A stretch of DNA of 64,000 nt from an uncultured Alphaproteobacteria bacterium (GTDB lineage: Bacteria > Pseudomonadota > Alphaproteobacteria > HIMB59 > GCA-002718135). The stretch is from NCBI GenBank assembly GCA_902575815.1, contig CACGTA010000005.1, positions 2,213 through 66,212 on the forward strand, read 5' to 3'. Position numbers and translations under genes: made by a program. Shown in pieces: positions 9,766 through 18,945 of the stretch. A model generated the notes under the pieces. It was not told where the DNA came from. It saw nothing but the letters and a program-made list of their open reading frames with translations, and made no database searches. Numbering within the stretch: the stretch's first letter is position 1; each line of letters begins with the position of its first letter.

Positions 9766-11065
9766 TAATATTATCTAATTTGCTTTGAACATCTTCAGTT
9801 ATTTCATCTTCTGGTTCAGCCAATTCTAGAGCTTGTTGCCAAAAATGAATTGCTTCTCTTTTTCTATTCATAGCATAATAAATATCGCCAAGATGGTCTA
9901 GAGATATTGCTTCACCAGGGGCAATATCTATTACTTTTTCCATTAACCTTGCAGCCTCTGGAAAATTATTTTTTTTAAAATGAGCCCACGCTAAACTATC
10001 TATAATATAAAAACTATCAGGGTTAGCTTTATATGCTTCCTCTAACATTTTTAACGAACGATCTAGTTTGATATCTCTTTCAACCCAGCCATATGCAAGA
10101 TAATTTAATACATTTGGTGTACCCGGCTGCAGTTCTAATGATTTTAAAAAATCTTTTTCTGCAAGTTCCCAGTTATCTTTTCTTTCATAACAAATACCCC
10201 TCATGTAATATATGTTCCAAAGATCATCTTGATTTTCTTTAATCATTTCATCATAAATTTTTAATGCTAAGTCAAACTTTTTATTATAACGATAAAAATC
10301 AGCAAGGACTCGTTTAAGTGAATAATTATTATTATTATTTTCAAGTATAGATTTTATTTGTTTTTCAGCTTCTTCGTAAGGACTATTAAACAAGTAATGA
10401 CGAGCAAGATTATTCTGTGCATCAAGATAAAAAATATTATTTTTATTAACTTGTTTGTATATATCTACTGCAACTTGATGCTGACCAACCTGATCAAACA
10501 ACTCAGCTTTTATTATGATTGCTCTATCATTTTCAGGATCAATAATTTTTGCAAGAGATATATAAAATAACAAAAAATTATAATTTAAACGTCTTTGTTC
10601 ATTATTCGAATAAGAAGAAGATACAATCTCAACAAGCGCCCTACTTATAGTATCGATATCTTTGAGTGAATTGTTTGAAAAAAAAATAAATTCTAGTACT
10701 TCACTGGGTTGTTCTAAATTTTTTCTAAGCTCGATAATTTTATTAAATTTTTCTTCTTTATAAAATGATGCGGCTGTAATTATGAGAGCTTCGGCATTGT
10801 TTTTATCCTTGGTTAAAATATTTTTGGCAATTTTTGATGCTAAATCTACATCTTCAGTAATTATGGCTGCGATAGCTTTATCCAAAAAACTGTCTTCTGA
10901 TAGGTTTACTTCGTCTATATCAAAGTTAAGAAGAGTCGAGCTATAATCATAATTTTCATAAGCAGATTGAGATATTAGAAAAGATGAACTATTTAGCGCA
11001 AAAGCACTAGAGTTAACTATTAAAATAATTGAGATAATTTGTAGTTTTTTAATTAAATTAATCAT
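9755..11065 (-). CDS. Secreted TPR-repeat protein
   Basis: Signal peptide followed by multiple TPR units (YYMRGICYERKDNWELAEKDFLKSLELQP, HLGDIYYAMNRKREAIHFWQQAL). A TPR gene upstream of ispH's partner ispE is a common alphaproteobacterial arrangement. Confidence 0.7.
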   Translation of the reverse strand: MINLIKKLQIISIILIVNSSAFALNSSSFLISQSAYENYDYSSTLLNFDIDEVNLSEDSFLDKAIAAIITEDVDLASKIAKNILTKDKNNAEALIITAASFYKEEKFNKIIELRKNLEQPSEVLEFIFFSNNSLKDIDTISRALVEIVSSSYSNNEQRRLNYNFLLFYISLAKIIDPENDRAIIIKAELFDQVGQHQVAVDIYKQVNKNNIFYLDAQNNLARHYLFNSPYEEAEKQIKSILENNNNNYSLKRVLADFYRYNKKFDLALKIYDEMIKENQDDLWNIYYMRGICYERKDNWELAEKDFLKSLELQPGTPNVLNYLAYGWVERDIKLDRSLKMLEEAYKANPDSFYIIDSLAWAHFKKNNFPEAARLMEKVIDIAPGEAISLDHLGDIYYAMNRKREAIHFWQQALELAEPEDEITEDVQSKLDNINAG

Positions 11066-11112
11066 TTCAAAAATAGTTGAGTTACACTATGAATAGATAA
11101 TTGTAATTTTCC

Positions 11113-11823
11113 ATGAATCAATCAAATAAAAAAAATTTAGAATTTATAATTAATTCTGGGGTAAACTACTTCCTTCAGGATTCTCCTAGAAACTGGTTTG
11201 AAAATGAGAAAAAATTGGGGCAGTCTGATTTTAACAAAAATACTGGGGATAAAAAAACTCACATTGATGAAGTCATAAAAGATTTAAAGAACCATAAATC
11301 TTCTCTTCAAAAAACGGCAACAAAATTGGTAGTTTATGATGGTAACTTAAACGCAAAAGTAATGTTAATTGGTGAAGCGCCAGGTAGTGATGAGGATCAA
11401 CAAGGAATTCCATTTGTTGGAAGAGCCGGACAACTTTTAAATAAAATGCTTTTGGCCATTAATTTACAAAGAGAAGACGTTTATATTACTAATGTAGTTA
11501 ATTGGAGACCACCTGATAATAGAACGCCTAATGATAATGAAATTTTAGAATTTTTACCCTTTTTGCAAAGACAAATTGAAATTATTAAACCTAAATTTAT
11601 CTTCCTATTAGGCGGAGTTGCAGCAAAAGCTATTTTATCAACGCCTCTTGCTCTTGGAAAACTCAGGGGTAAATGGCATGAATACAAATCACTTAACTTA
11701 GAACAAGGTATTCCCACAATAGCTTCCTATCATCCTGCTTTTTTACTTCGATCTCCTCAGTATAAAAAACATTCATGGGAAGATTTACAAATGTTACAAG
11801 AAAAATTGATAAATGAGTCATAA
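11113..11823 (+). CDS. Family 4 uracil-DNA glycosylase
   Basis: GEAPGSDEDQQGIPFVGRAGQLL motif and C-terminal HPAFLLR. Confidence 0.8.
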   Translation: MNQSNKKNLEFIINSGVNYFLQDSPRNWFENEKKLGQSDFNKNTGDKKTHIDEVIKDLKNHKSSLQKTATKLVVYDGNLNAKVMLIGEAPGSDEDQQGIPFVGRAGQLLNKMLLAINLQREDVYITNVVNWRPPDNRTPNDNEILEFLPFLQRQIEIIKPKFIFLLGGVAAKAILSTPLALGKLRGKWHEYKSLNLEQGIPTIASYHPAFLLRSPQYKKHSWEDLQMLQEKLINES

Positions 11824-13558
11824 AAAATTTTTAATTTTTTGTTTTTTTATTTTCTTTGTAATTTTTTCGAAACAAATCCATGCATATCAACAAGATATAG
11901 TTATCAAATACGATAATATATTTTCATCAAAGGTTCTAAGCGATGAAGACGTATATAATTATCAACAAGCTTATAAATTTCAAGAAATATGCAAATGGAA
12001 AAGTGCAAATAATTTTATTTTAAAAATAAAAAATAAATCTTTGCTTGGACATATATATGCTCAGAAATTTTTACATCCTAATTGTTATCGATCGAAGTAT
12101 TTAGAGTTATATTATTGGCTCAAAAAATATAACGATCATCCTCAAGCTAAACAAATTTATAAATTAGCAATTAGACGAATGCCAGCTGGTTATAAAAGTC
12201 CAACAAAACCCTCTAATCCTATTGGCATAGTATCAGAACAGGTAATAAATAAAAAAACTAGTAAATATAAAAGCTCCAAAAAACTATCGAATAGTCAGAA
12301 AGCTGAGAAAAGAAAATTAATTAATGGTATCAAATCAAGAGTTAATAAAGGGTGGCCAACAGGGGCAGTACAACTATTAAATCAAAGAGATGTAGATCTA
12401 TTATTAGATCAAGTTGAAATAGATCAACAAAAAGAATTAATCGCCAAAGGATATTTCTTAGCAAATAAAAATGACTTAGCAATTCAATACGCTTCTGAAG
12501 CTCTTGTAAATTCTGCAAAATATGTTCCTTATGCGGCTTGGACTGCTGGTTTATCTTCTTGGAGGCTAGAAAAATATGAAGATGCTGCAAAATATTTTTC
12601 TCTCTTTTCGATTAGTTTAAAAGATGATGCGTGGCATCAAACATCAGGAAGTTTTTGGACAGCTAGATCATATGCAAAACTTGGTCGTTATGATGATATT
12701 AATTTTTGGTTAAAAAGAGCATCAAATAATCCAAATAGTTTTTATGGAATGCTTGCATTAGAAATTTTAGGTGTAGATGAAAAAATAGAATGGGTAGCAC
12801 ATACTGATCTAAATAAAAATAATAGTACAATTTTAAATATACCAGCAGGAAAAAGAATACAGACACTAATACAAGTTGGATTTGCTGATGAATTAGAAAA
12901 GGAAATTGTGCATATCAATTCCATTTTAAATAGAGAAATAGCAAAGGAGTCTATTCAAATTGCCGAAAATTTTGATCTTGCCTATACACAATTAAAAATA
13001 GTCAATAAGCTTGAGAACTTTGGTATGGATGTTCCTACTTACCTCTATTACCCAACTAGTGTTTGGAAGCCACGAGATGGTTTCAAATTAGAAAAAGAAT
13101 TACTCCACGCCTTTATGCATCAAGAATCTATGTTTAATATAAAAGCTAAAAGTAAAGACGGTGCCATAGGATTGATGCAGGTATTACCTTCAACGGCAAA
13201 ATTTATCACCAAAAGTAAAGATGTAAAAAGAAGCAATAGTAATATTCTTAAAAATCCAGAAATAAATCTAGAGGTGGGGCAAGAATACTTGAGGTATCTT
13301 CTAGATCTAGAGCAGGTTTCAAGAAATCTTATATTTCTAGCAGCAGCATATAATGGCGGTCCAGGAAATTTACAAAAATGGAAAAATGAAACAAATTATA
13401 TGGAAGACTCACTCTTTTTTATGGAAAGTATTCCATCAAGAGAAACAAGATGGTTCATAGAAAAGATCTTAACAAAATATTGGATTTACCAAAATAAAAA
13501 CAATAAAGAAATGCGTTCCCTAAAAATGCTAGCAAATGGAAATGATCCGCTTTATTAA
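11813..13558 (+). CDS. Soluble lytic murein transglycosylase (SLT domain)
   Basis: Signal peptide. The SLT catalytic region is HQESMFN...AIGLMQVLPSTA...AAAYNGGPGN. Confidence 0.8.
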   Translation: MSHKKFLIFCFFIFFVIFSKQIHAYQQDIVIKYDNIFSSKVLSDEDVYNYQQAYKFQEICKWKSANNFILKIKNKSLLGHIYAQKFLHPNCYRSKYLELYYWLKKYNDHPQAKQIYKLAIRRMPAGYKSPTKPSNPIGIVSEQVINKKTSKYKSSKKLSNSQKAEKRKLINGIKSRVNKGWPTGAVQLLNQRDVDLLLDQVEIDQQKELIAKGYFLANKNDLAIQYASEALVNSAKYVPYAAWTAGLSSWRLEKYEDAAKYFSLFSISLKDDAWHQTSGSFWTARSYAKLGRYDDINFWLKRASNNPNSFYGMLALEILGVDEKIEWVAHTDLNKNNSTILNIPAGKRIQTLIQVGFADELEKEIVHINSILNREIAKESIQIAENFDLAYTQLKIVNKLENFGMDVPTYLYYPTSVWKPRDGFKLEKELLHAFMHQESMFNIKAKSKDGAIGLMQVLPSTAKFITKSKDVKRSNSNILKNPEINLEVGQEYLRYLLDLEQVSRNLIFLAAAYNGGPGNLQKWKNETNYMEDSLFFMESIPSRETRWFIEKILTKYWIYQNKNNKEMRSLKMLANGNDPLY

Positions 13559-13564
13559 TAGGTT

Positions 13565-14092
13565 ATGCCAATTGATACTTCTCTAGATTTTGTTCCAATA
13601 AATATTGCTGTTATTACAATTTCAGATTCAAGAACTAAAGAAAACGATACATCTGGAGACACATTAGAAAAGCGTATTACTGATGCTGGTCATACAATGA
13701 TTAAACGGACAATTATACCAGATGATGTTTCTCAAATAAAAGATACCTTAAACACAATGTCAAAAGAAAAAGAGATTGATTGTATTATTACAACTGGTGG
13801 TACTGGTCTAACAGGAAGAGATACAACACCAGAAGCTGTAAATGCTATTGCTAGTAAACATATTGATGGATTTGGTGAATTATTTCGCCAAGTTAGTTTT
13901 GAAAAAATTGGTACATCGGCTATACAATCACGAGCTGTTGCAGCCTTAATAAATAGTACGTATGTTTTTTGTTTGCCAGGATCAACAGGTGCATGCAAAG
14001 ATGGTTGGGATGAAATTTTACAATATCAATTAGACATTAGACACAAGCCCTGTAATTTTGTTGAAATCATGCCAAGATTAAATGAAAAGTAG
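13565..14092 (+). CDS. moaB: MoaB/MogA-family molybdenum cofactor biosynthesis protein
   Basis: TTGGTGLTGRDTTPEA motif and LPGSTGAC. Confidence 0.75.
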   Translation: MPIDTSLDFVPINIAVITISDSRTKENDTSGDTLEKRITDAGHTMIKRTIIPDDVSQIKDTLNTMSKEKEIDCIITTGGTGLTGRDTTPEAVNAIASKHIDGFGELFRQVSFEKIGTSAIQSRAVAALINSTYVFCLPGSTGACKDGWDEILQYQLDIRHKPCNFVEIMPRLNEK

Positions 14093-14706
14093 TGAGTGAT
14101 TTTTCTATAGAGAAATCAATTGGTAGACCTGTAATTGGTTTAGATGAAGTTGGCAGAGGTCCATTGGCAGGCCCTGTGGTGAGTTGTGGATGTTATTTTT
14201 CTAACTATAATGATTTAGAATCAGAAATACCTATAACCGATTCAAAGAAACATACAGCAAAACAAAGAGAAAAATTATTTTTATTTTTTAAAAAATTACA
14301 AAAAGAAAGAAAACTTCAATATTACTTAGGCTACGCAAGTGTTGAAGAAATAGATGAAATTAATATTTTGGAAGCAACAAAATTATCGATGAAAAGAGTA
14401 ATAGATAAATTTAATTTTGAAAATCCACATCTTATTATTGATGGAAACTTTTCATTAAATTATCAAAATGAAAAATCTATAATAGGTGGCGATAAAAAAT
14501 CTTTATCGATTGCAAGTGCATCTATTATTGCAAAAGTTCACCGTGATCGACTGATGAGTATACTTGATAGCAAATTTACATTTTATGATTGGAAAAAAAA
14601 TGCAGGTTATGGAACTAAAAAACATATTGATGCAATATACAAACACGGGATAACTAAGTTTCACCGAAAATCATTTGAGCCAATTAAATCATTATTAAAA
14701 AAATAA
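14092..14706 (+). CDS. rnhB: Ribonuclease HII
   Basis: GLDEVGRGPLAGPVV and SIASASIIAKVHRD. The GTG start overlaps the moaB stop. Confidence 0.9.
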   Translation: MSDFSIEKSIGRPVIGLDEVGRGPLAGPVVSCGCYFSNYNDLESEIPITDSKKHTAKQREKLFLFFKKLQKERKLQYYLGYASVEEIDEINILEATKLSMKRVIDKFNFENPHLIIDGNFSLNYQNEKSIIGGDKKSLSIASASIIAKVHRDRLMSILDSKFTFYDWKKNAGYGTKKHIDAIYKHGITKFHRKSFEPIKSLLKK

Positions 14707-15414
14707 CTAAGTAAGTTTTAAAATGCCAGAATAATCTAATATTATATTACTTATTTTCCATTTAAATCCATTAAATTTGAATATTACAGTAAAAGGTATA
14801 TCTTGATGATAAACTGATAACTTAAAATGGATTGGGGTAATAAAAAAAAAATATTGCGTAGCATTAAGTTTATTAATTAATCTATTAATTTTAATTTTTA
14901 AACTTTCTTTATTTTCATCAAAAGGAGTGTTTTGCGAATTATCGTTTGTATTATTAACAATATCAGACTCTTTATTAATATTAGATTCTGAAATATATTC
15001 ATTAAAGCTATAATATCCGATGTTCATTAAATATTTTTGAAAATAAATAGGTAATTCTTTAGAGTTATCATAAAAATAAAGCATAATTTTTGGATCAGAT
15101 AATTCTCTCGATATAGATTTAGAAGAATTAAGAAATGTTTTTAAAATAAATTCCTCACTAAATTCACCACTCAAATCAGTATTATTATTTTTTATAATCA
15201 AAATTTTTGATAAATTTGTTAGATTACTTTCAATAAATTTTTTTGAATTTATATACAAATTATTGCTTAATTCACTATCAAGTACGAAACTTGATAATGA
15301 TTCATAATTTTTACCACCAACATAATTAGATATTTTTACAAAACTGAAAATAAAAGTTGTAAATAGATATAAAAAAATAAAAAGAATTATAAAAATTAAA
15401 AATTTAATATTCAT
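14707..15414 (-). CDS. Hypothetical N-terminally membrane-anchored Asn/Ser-rich protein
   Basis: A single N-terminal TM segment and no recognisable motif. The long ORF has no competing frame. Confidence 0.5.
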   Translation of the reverse strand: MNIKFLIFIILFIFLYLFTTFIFSFVKISNYVGGKNYESLSSFVLDSELSNNLYINSKKFIESNLTNLSKILIIKNNNTDLSGEFSEEFILKTFLNSSKSISRELSDPKIMLYFYDNSKELPIYFQKYLMNIGYYSFNEYISESNINKESDIVNNTNDNSQNTPFDENKESLKIKINRLINKLNATQYFFFITPIHFKLSVYHQDIPFTVIFKFNGFKWKISNIILDYSGILKLT

Positions 15415-15502
15415 TAAAATTATATTACCACTTATTTAAAATTTACAATTAATTTAACATGCATAATTTGCATACCAAATATTATTTTATTATGCTTCAA
15501 AA

Positions 15503-15589
15503 AGATGCGACAAACACTAAATAGTTATTAAGTTTCATCATTCCTCCCATTTGATGAACTATTTTAGGGGTCTACGGACCCCTTTTTTT
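15503..15589 (+). ncRNA. Candidate small RNA or ccrM leader: 7-bp hairpin with a C-rich UUCCUCCCAUU loop, followed by an intrinsic terminator
   Basis: Hairpin TTCATCA (15534-15540) / TGATGAA (15552-15558). Terminator GGGGTC-TACG-GACCCC plus T7. A weak promoter, TTGCAT-N17-TATGCT, lies at 15468-15496. No + strand gene lies upstream for the terminator to serve. Confidence 0.35.
15567..15589 (+). terminator. Rho-independent terminator (GGGGTC tacg GACCCC TTTTTTT)
   Basis: A perfect 6-bp GC-rich stem, 4-nt loop and 7 T residues in an AT-rich intergenic region. Confidence 0.65.
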
Positions 15590-15693
15590 ATGTTTTTAGC
15601 TAAATTATATGGTTATCCCTACCTTAAGATTCCCCCTGTTGATAACTCAATTGACCTGACTCCATATCTGCTTAAAGATTCTTTTTATCAATT

Positions 15694-16764
15694 ATGAAGA
15701 AAAATAAGATCATTTTAGGCGATTCAACTAAGGAAATGAAAAAACTAAAAGACCATTCTGTTGATCTTATTTTTGCTGATCCACCCTATAATCTTCAATT
15801 AAAGGATACTTTATACAGACCTGATCAAACAACAGTCGAAGCAGTTACACAAGATTGGGATAAATTTAGTACGTACAAAGAATATGATCAATTTACCAAT
15901 GAATGGCTTAGTGAATGTAAAAGAGTGTTAAAAAAAGGTGGAGCACTGTGGGTGATAGGTAGTTATCATAATATTTTACGTGTGGGTTCTACGATTCAGG
16001 ATGAAGGTCTATGGATTTTAAATGATATCATTTGGCATAAAACAAATCCTATGCCAAATTTTCGTGGTACACGTTTTACAAATGCCCATGAAACATTATT
16101 GTGGTGCACAACATCAAGAGAAGCGAAATACACATTCAACTATCAAAATCTTAAAGAACTAAATGAAGGAAAACAAATGCGAAGTGACTGGTATATTCCT
16201 ATTTGTTCAGGGAAAGAAAGACTGCGAAAAGATAATAATCAACGATCACACCCAACACAAAAACCAGAAGCTCTACTCTACCGAATTCTATTAGCCTCAA
16301 CAAACAAAGGTGATCTTGTTCTTGATCCTTTTTCAGGAAGTGGAACAACTGCTGTTGTTGCAAAAAAATTACAACGTAACTTTATTGGCATAGAAAAAGA
16401 TAAAGACTACGTTAAACTTTCAAAAGAACGATTAAAGAAAACCAAAGTATTGAAAGAAGAAGTTGTCATTATTTCAAAGAGCAGAAAAGAATTACCAAAA
16501 GTTCCTTTTGGTGAATTAGTCGAGCAAGGAATTATTCCACCTGGTGCTGTATTAACTGATAAAAAAGAACGTTTTAAAGCAACGGTGAGTATTGATGGAA
16601 CACTTAAAATAAAAGATTTAACAGGTTCTATTCATCAAATGGGAGCAAAGATACAAGGACTACCAAGTTGTAATGGATGGGATTTTTGGCATGTAAAAGA
16701 TAAGTCTAAATCAATACTACTAGATGAAATACGATCTAATTACCGTAAAGATAAATTGAATTAG
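15694..16764 (+). CDS. ccrM: Cell-cycle-regulated N6-adenine DNA methyltransferase (GANTC-specific CcrM family)
   Basis: The DPPY motif (IFADPPYNL) precedes the AdoMet motif ([11 protein letters not shown]), the beta-class order. The roughly 80-aa CcrM-type C-terminal domain is present, and the 356-aa length is typical. Confidence 0.9.
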   Translation: MKKNKIILGDSTKEMKKLKDHSVDLIFADPPYNLQLKDTLYRPDQTTVEAVTQDWDKFSTYKEYDQFTNEWLSECKRVLKKGGALWVIGSYHNILRVGSTIQDEGLWILNDIIWHKTNPMPNFRGTRFTNAHETLLWCTTSREAKYTFNYQNLKELNEGKQMRSDWYIPICSGKERLRKDNNQRSHPTQKPEALLYRILLASTNKGDLVLDPFSGSGTTAVVAKKLQRNFIGIEKDKDYVKLSKERLKKTKVLKEEVVIISKSRKELPKVPFGELVEQGIIPPGAVLTDKKERFKATVSIDGTLKIKDLTGSIHQMGAKIQGLPSCNGWDFWHVKDKSKSILLDEIRSNYRKDKLN

Positions 16765-18083
16765 TATTTTTTTGCTACACGCTGATAAATTTTCGGCATG
16801 TAGACAAATAGAGTGAGTGCTCTTACAATAAAGAAAAAGCAGAGAGACATCCATAATCCTGTATTCCCAAAACTTGCTATTAAAAAGAAAGAGACAACAA
16901 CATAGATGGCAACAGAGATGATCATGGCATTACGCAGTTCTGTTGTTTGCGATGCACCAACAAAAATACCATCAAATTGAAAACAAAAAGAAGCAGCAAA
17001 AGGAATGATGATTACCCAGTAGGAGAATGAAAAACTAATCTCTCGAATGTCAGGTAAATCAGTCATCATAATAATAAAATAATTTTTACTAAAGAAAAAG
17101 ATTACACATATCACTAGGCCAGTTACTGTACTTAAGATAAAGGAATTTTTTATGACATCTTTTAATAATTGTTTATTTTTTGATCCAATAGAATACCCAA
17201 CAATACCCTCTGTGGAGAAAGCATAAGCATCAAGAACATAGGAAGAAAGCATAATAAGATTAAGCAATATTACATTAGCAGCAACAGTTTCTTCACTGAT
17301 GGATGTTCCTAGATAAGTAAAATATAAAAAAGAAAAAGAAAGAAGAATAGATCTAATAAATATATTAAAATTTATATTAAAAATATTTTTAACTTTATTG
17401 AAATTGAAAATTTTTTTTATATCGAATTTCAATTTAGTCATCTTTTTTAAGTCATAGAATGTATAAAATAAAAAAATTATTGTTGTCAGCGTTGAGGCAA
17501 CAAGCGTCCCTAACGCAACACCTAAAACGTTTAAGTCAAAATATAAAACAAAAACTAAGCTGAAAATTATATTTGAAATGGAATAAAAACCTACAATGAG
17601 ACTGGATGTTTTTGTTTTTTGTAAACCAATAAACAATCCTGTGATCACAAAAATAGTTAGCTCACCAAAAGAAGAGTAAATACGAAAAGTAAAATAATCT
17701 TTGAAATAAAGTTTTGTTTCCTTCGATAACTCAAAAATAGATAAGGAAATATTATATATGTATTTTTGAAAAATAACTAATAAGAGGGAAATAATAATAA
17801 CAAAAGAAATATTTCTTAAAAAAATATTTATGATTTCTTCATAATTTTTGGATCCATCTGCTTGTGCTATCATTCCAACCGTACCTGATCGTAAAAAACC
17901 TAAACTACCAAAAAGAATGGAAAAGACACTTGCCGCAATACTTGTAGCAACCAAGTAACTAGCATTATCAAGGTTGCCCATCAAACCCGTATCAACAATA
18001 GCCACAAAAGGAATGACTAAATTTGCAAAGAAAATAGGGATAGATAGTTTAAAAATATTTTGAATGGATGATATTGACGTCAT
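16761..18083 (-). CDS. MATE family efflux transporter
   Basis: 12 TM helices and an N-terminus ([23 protein letters not shown]) typical of the MatE/DinF type. Confidence 0.8.
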   Translation of the reverse strand: MTSISSIQNIFKLSIPIFFANLVIPFVAIVDTGLMGNLDNASYLVATSIAASVFSILFGSLGFLRSGTVGMIAQADGSKNYEEIINIFLRNISFVIIISLLLVIFQKYIYNISLSIFELSKETKLYFKDYFTFRIYSSFGELTIFVITGLFIGLQKTKTSSLIVGFYSISNIIFSLVFVLYFDLNVLGVALGTLVASTLTTIIFLFYTFYDLKKMTKLKFDIKKIFNFNKVKNIFNINFNIFIRSILLSFSFLYFTYLGTSISEETVAANVILLNLIMLSSYVLDAYAFSTEGIVGYSIGSKNKQLLKDVIKNSFILSTVTGLVICVIFFFSKNYFIIMMTDLPDIREISFSFSYWVIIIPFAASFCFQFDGIFVGASQTTELRNAMIISVAIYVVVSFFLIASFGNTGLWMSLCFFFIVRALTLFVYMPKIYQRVAKKY

Positions 18084-18152
18084 TTTAAGAATAAGAATTT
18101 TAATAAGTTAATTGTTTTGAGGTTTTTTAAAATTTGTTCAAGTAGTAAGAAT

Positions 18153-18180
18153 AAAAAAACCCCCGTATGTGGGGGTTTTA
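18153..18180 (-). terminator. Rho-independent terminator on the minus strand (CCCCC acauac GGGGG UUUUUUU), 70 nt upstream of the MATE start codon
   Basis: 5-bp all-GC stem followed by 7 U on the minus strand. On the plus strand the tail is only TTTTA. Confidence 0.6.
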
Positions 18181-18353
18181 TAAATTCGGCTCATCACCTA
18201 ATGCGAGGCCTTTTAAAAAAAGGTCTGCTTAAATTGCTTGTTTAGCTTTGGTTGTGGACACCACCCTTATTGTGTTGGCGGACTCATTTTTTTAACTCCT
18301 TTACTTGGGAGCACGATCAATTTTAACTATATGAGATTCTAATTTTTTTTCAA
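18181..18353 (-). promoter_or_regulatory. Candidate leader or attenuator RNA for the MATE gene: promoter-like TTGAAA-N16-TATAGT, SD AAGGAG and a 6-codon uORF (MSPPTQ*)
   Basis: On the plus strand the -35 is at 18348-18353 and the -10 at 18326-18331. The SD is at 18297-18302 and the uORF at 18267-18287. The segment is unusually GC-rich for an intergenic region in this genome. Confidence 0.35.
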
Positions 18354-18460
18354 ATAGAATATTGGTAAAAACTAATACTAAAGTATTTGGCAAATGAATT
18401 AAAAAGAATATAATTCACTATCTTTATTTCTGAAATCTTATAAAGCTCTCATAAGTTTAA

Positions 18461-18940
18461 ATGAAAATTGGCAAATACAAATACGAATTTGATTTCTTTA
18501 GTTGGATAAAAAAAACAGAACTCGTAGAGCTAGATAGAGTTAATCCATCTGATGATCCTGTTCGCCCTGAACTTGATAATGATTTTCGTAGAGCAAAGGG
18601 AAGAAAAATTTTCGGTCTAAAGTATAAAGACGATATTGAAGGCGTAGCTTGTTTTGCTTTTACTAACGAAATACCCACAACTATTAAAGAAATGGATTTA
18701 ATGAGCATTGAGGAAGATCAAGCAACCATTCCTATTGCTTACACAGTCTGGTCTTTTAAAAAAGGTGCAGGGAAAAAAATTATGAAAGAGTTACAAAAAT
18801 ACATTAAAGAAAAAAAGCAATTTCAAAGCATTGTTACTCTTTCCCCTCTAACTCCTGTTGCTACCCATTATCATATTCGAAATGGCGCAAGATTAATTAA
18901 AATTAACCCTACAACACAGAACTTTGAATATAAAATTTAA
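18461..18940 (+). CDS. Small GNAT-fold-like protein (putative acyl-CoA N-acyltransferase)
   Basis: Motif-A-like WSFKKGAGKKIMKEL and C-terminal SPLTPVATHYHIRNGA. This is a weak recognition-level call. Confidence 0.4.
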   Translation: MKIGKYKYEFDFFSWIKKTELVELDRVNPSDDPVRPELDNDFRRAKGRKIFGLKYKDDIEGVACFAFTNEIPTTIKEMDLMSIEEDQATIPIAYTVWSFKKGAGKKIMKELQKYIKEKKQFQSIVTLSPLTPVATHYHIRNGARLIKINPTTQNFEYKI

Positions 18941-18945
18941 GAATT

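Noticed and set aside
10321-10341. (ATT)n-like simple repeat
   Set aside because: It lies inside the TPR gene and encodes an Asn run (ENNNNNY). This is ordinary low-complexity coding sequence in an AT-rich genome.
18181-18300. GC-rich intergenic segment as a known RNA: SRP/4.5S, tmRNA piece, 6S, or a TPP, fluoride, ZTP or guanidine riboswitch
   Set aside because: I could not find the conserved cores of these families on either strand. The cores I looked for include the GGAA tetraloop hairpin of SRP RNA, CUGAGA of TPP, the GAUGG...CCUAC pattern of crcB and CCGCCUGGGC of ZTP. The region is reported only as an unclassified candidate leader or sRNA.
18457-18708. 83-aa minus-strand ORF upstream of the MATE leader region
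   Set aside because: It is fully overlapped by the longer + strand ORF (18461-18940), which has GNAT-like motifs. Its composition is Ser/Leu-rich, typical of an antisense frame.
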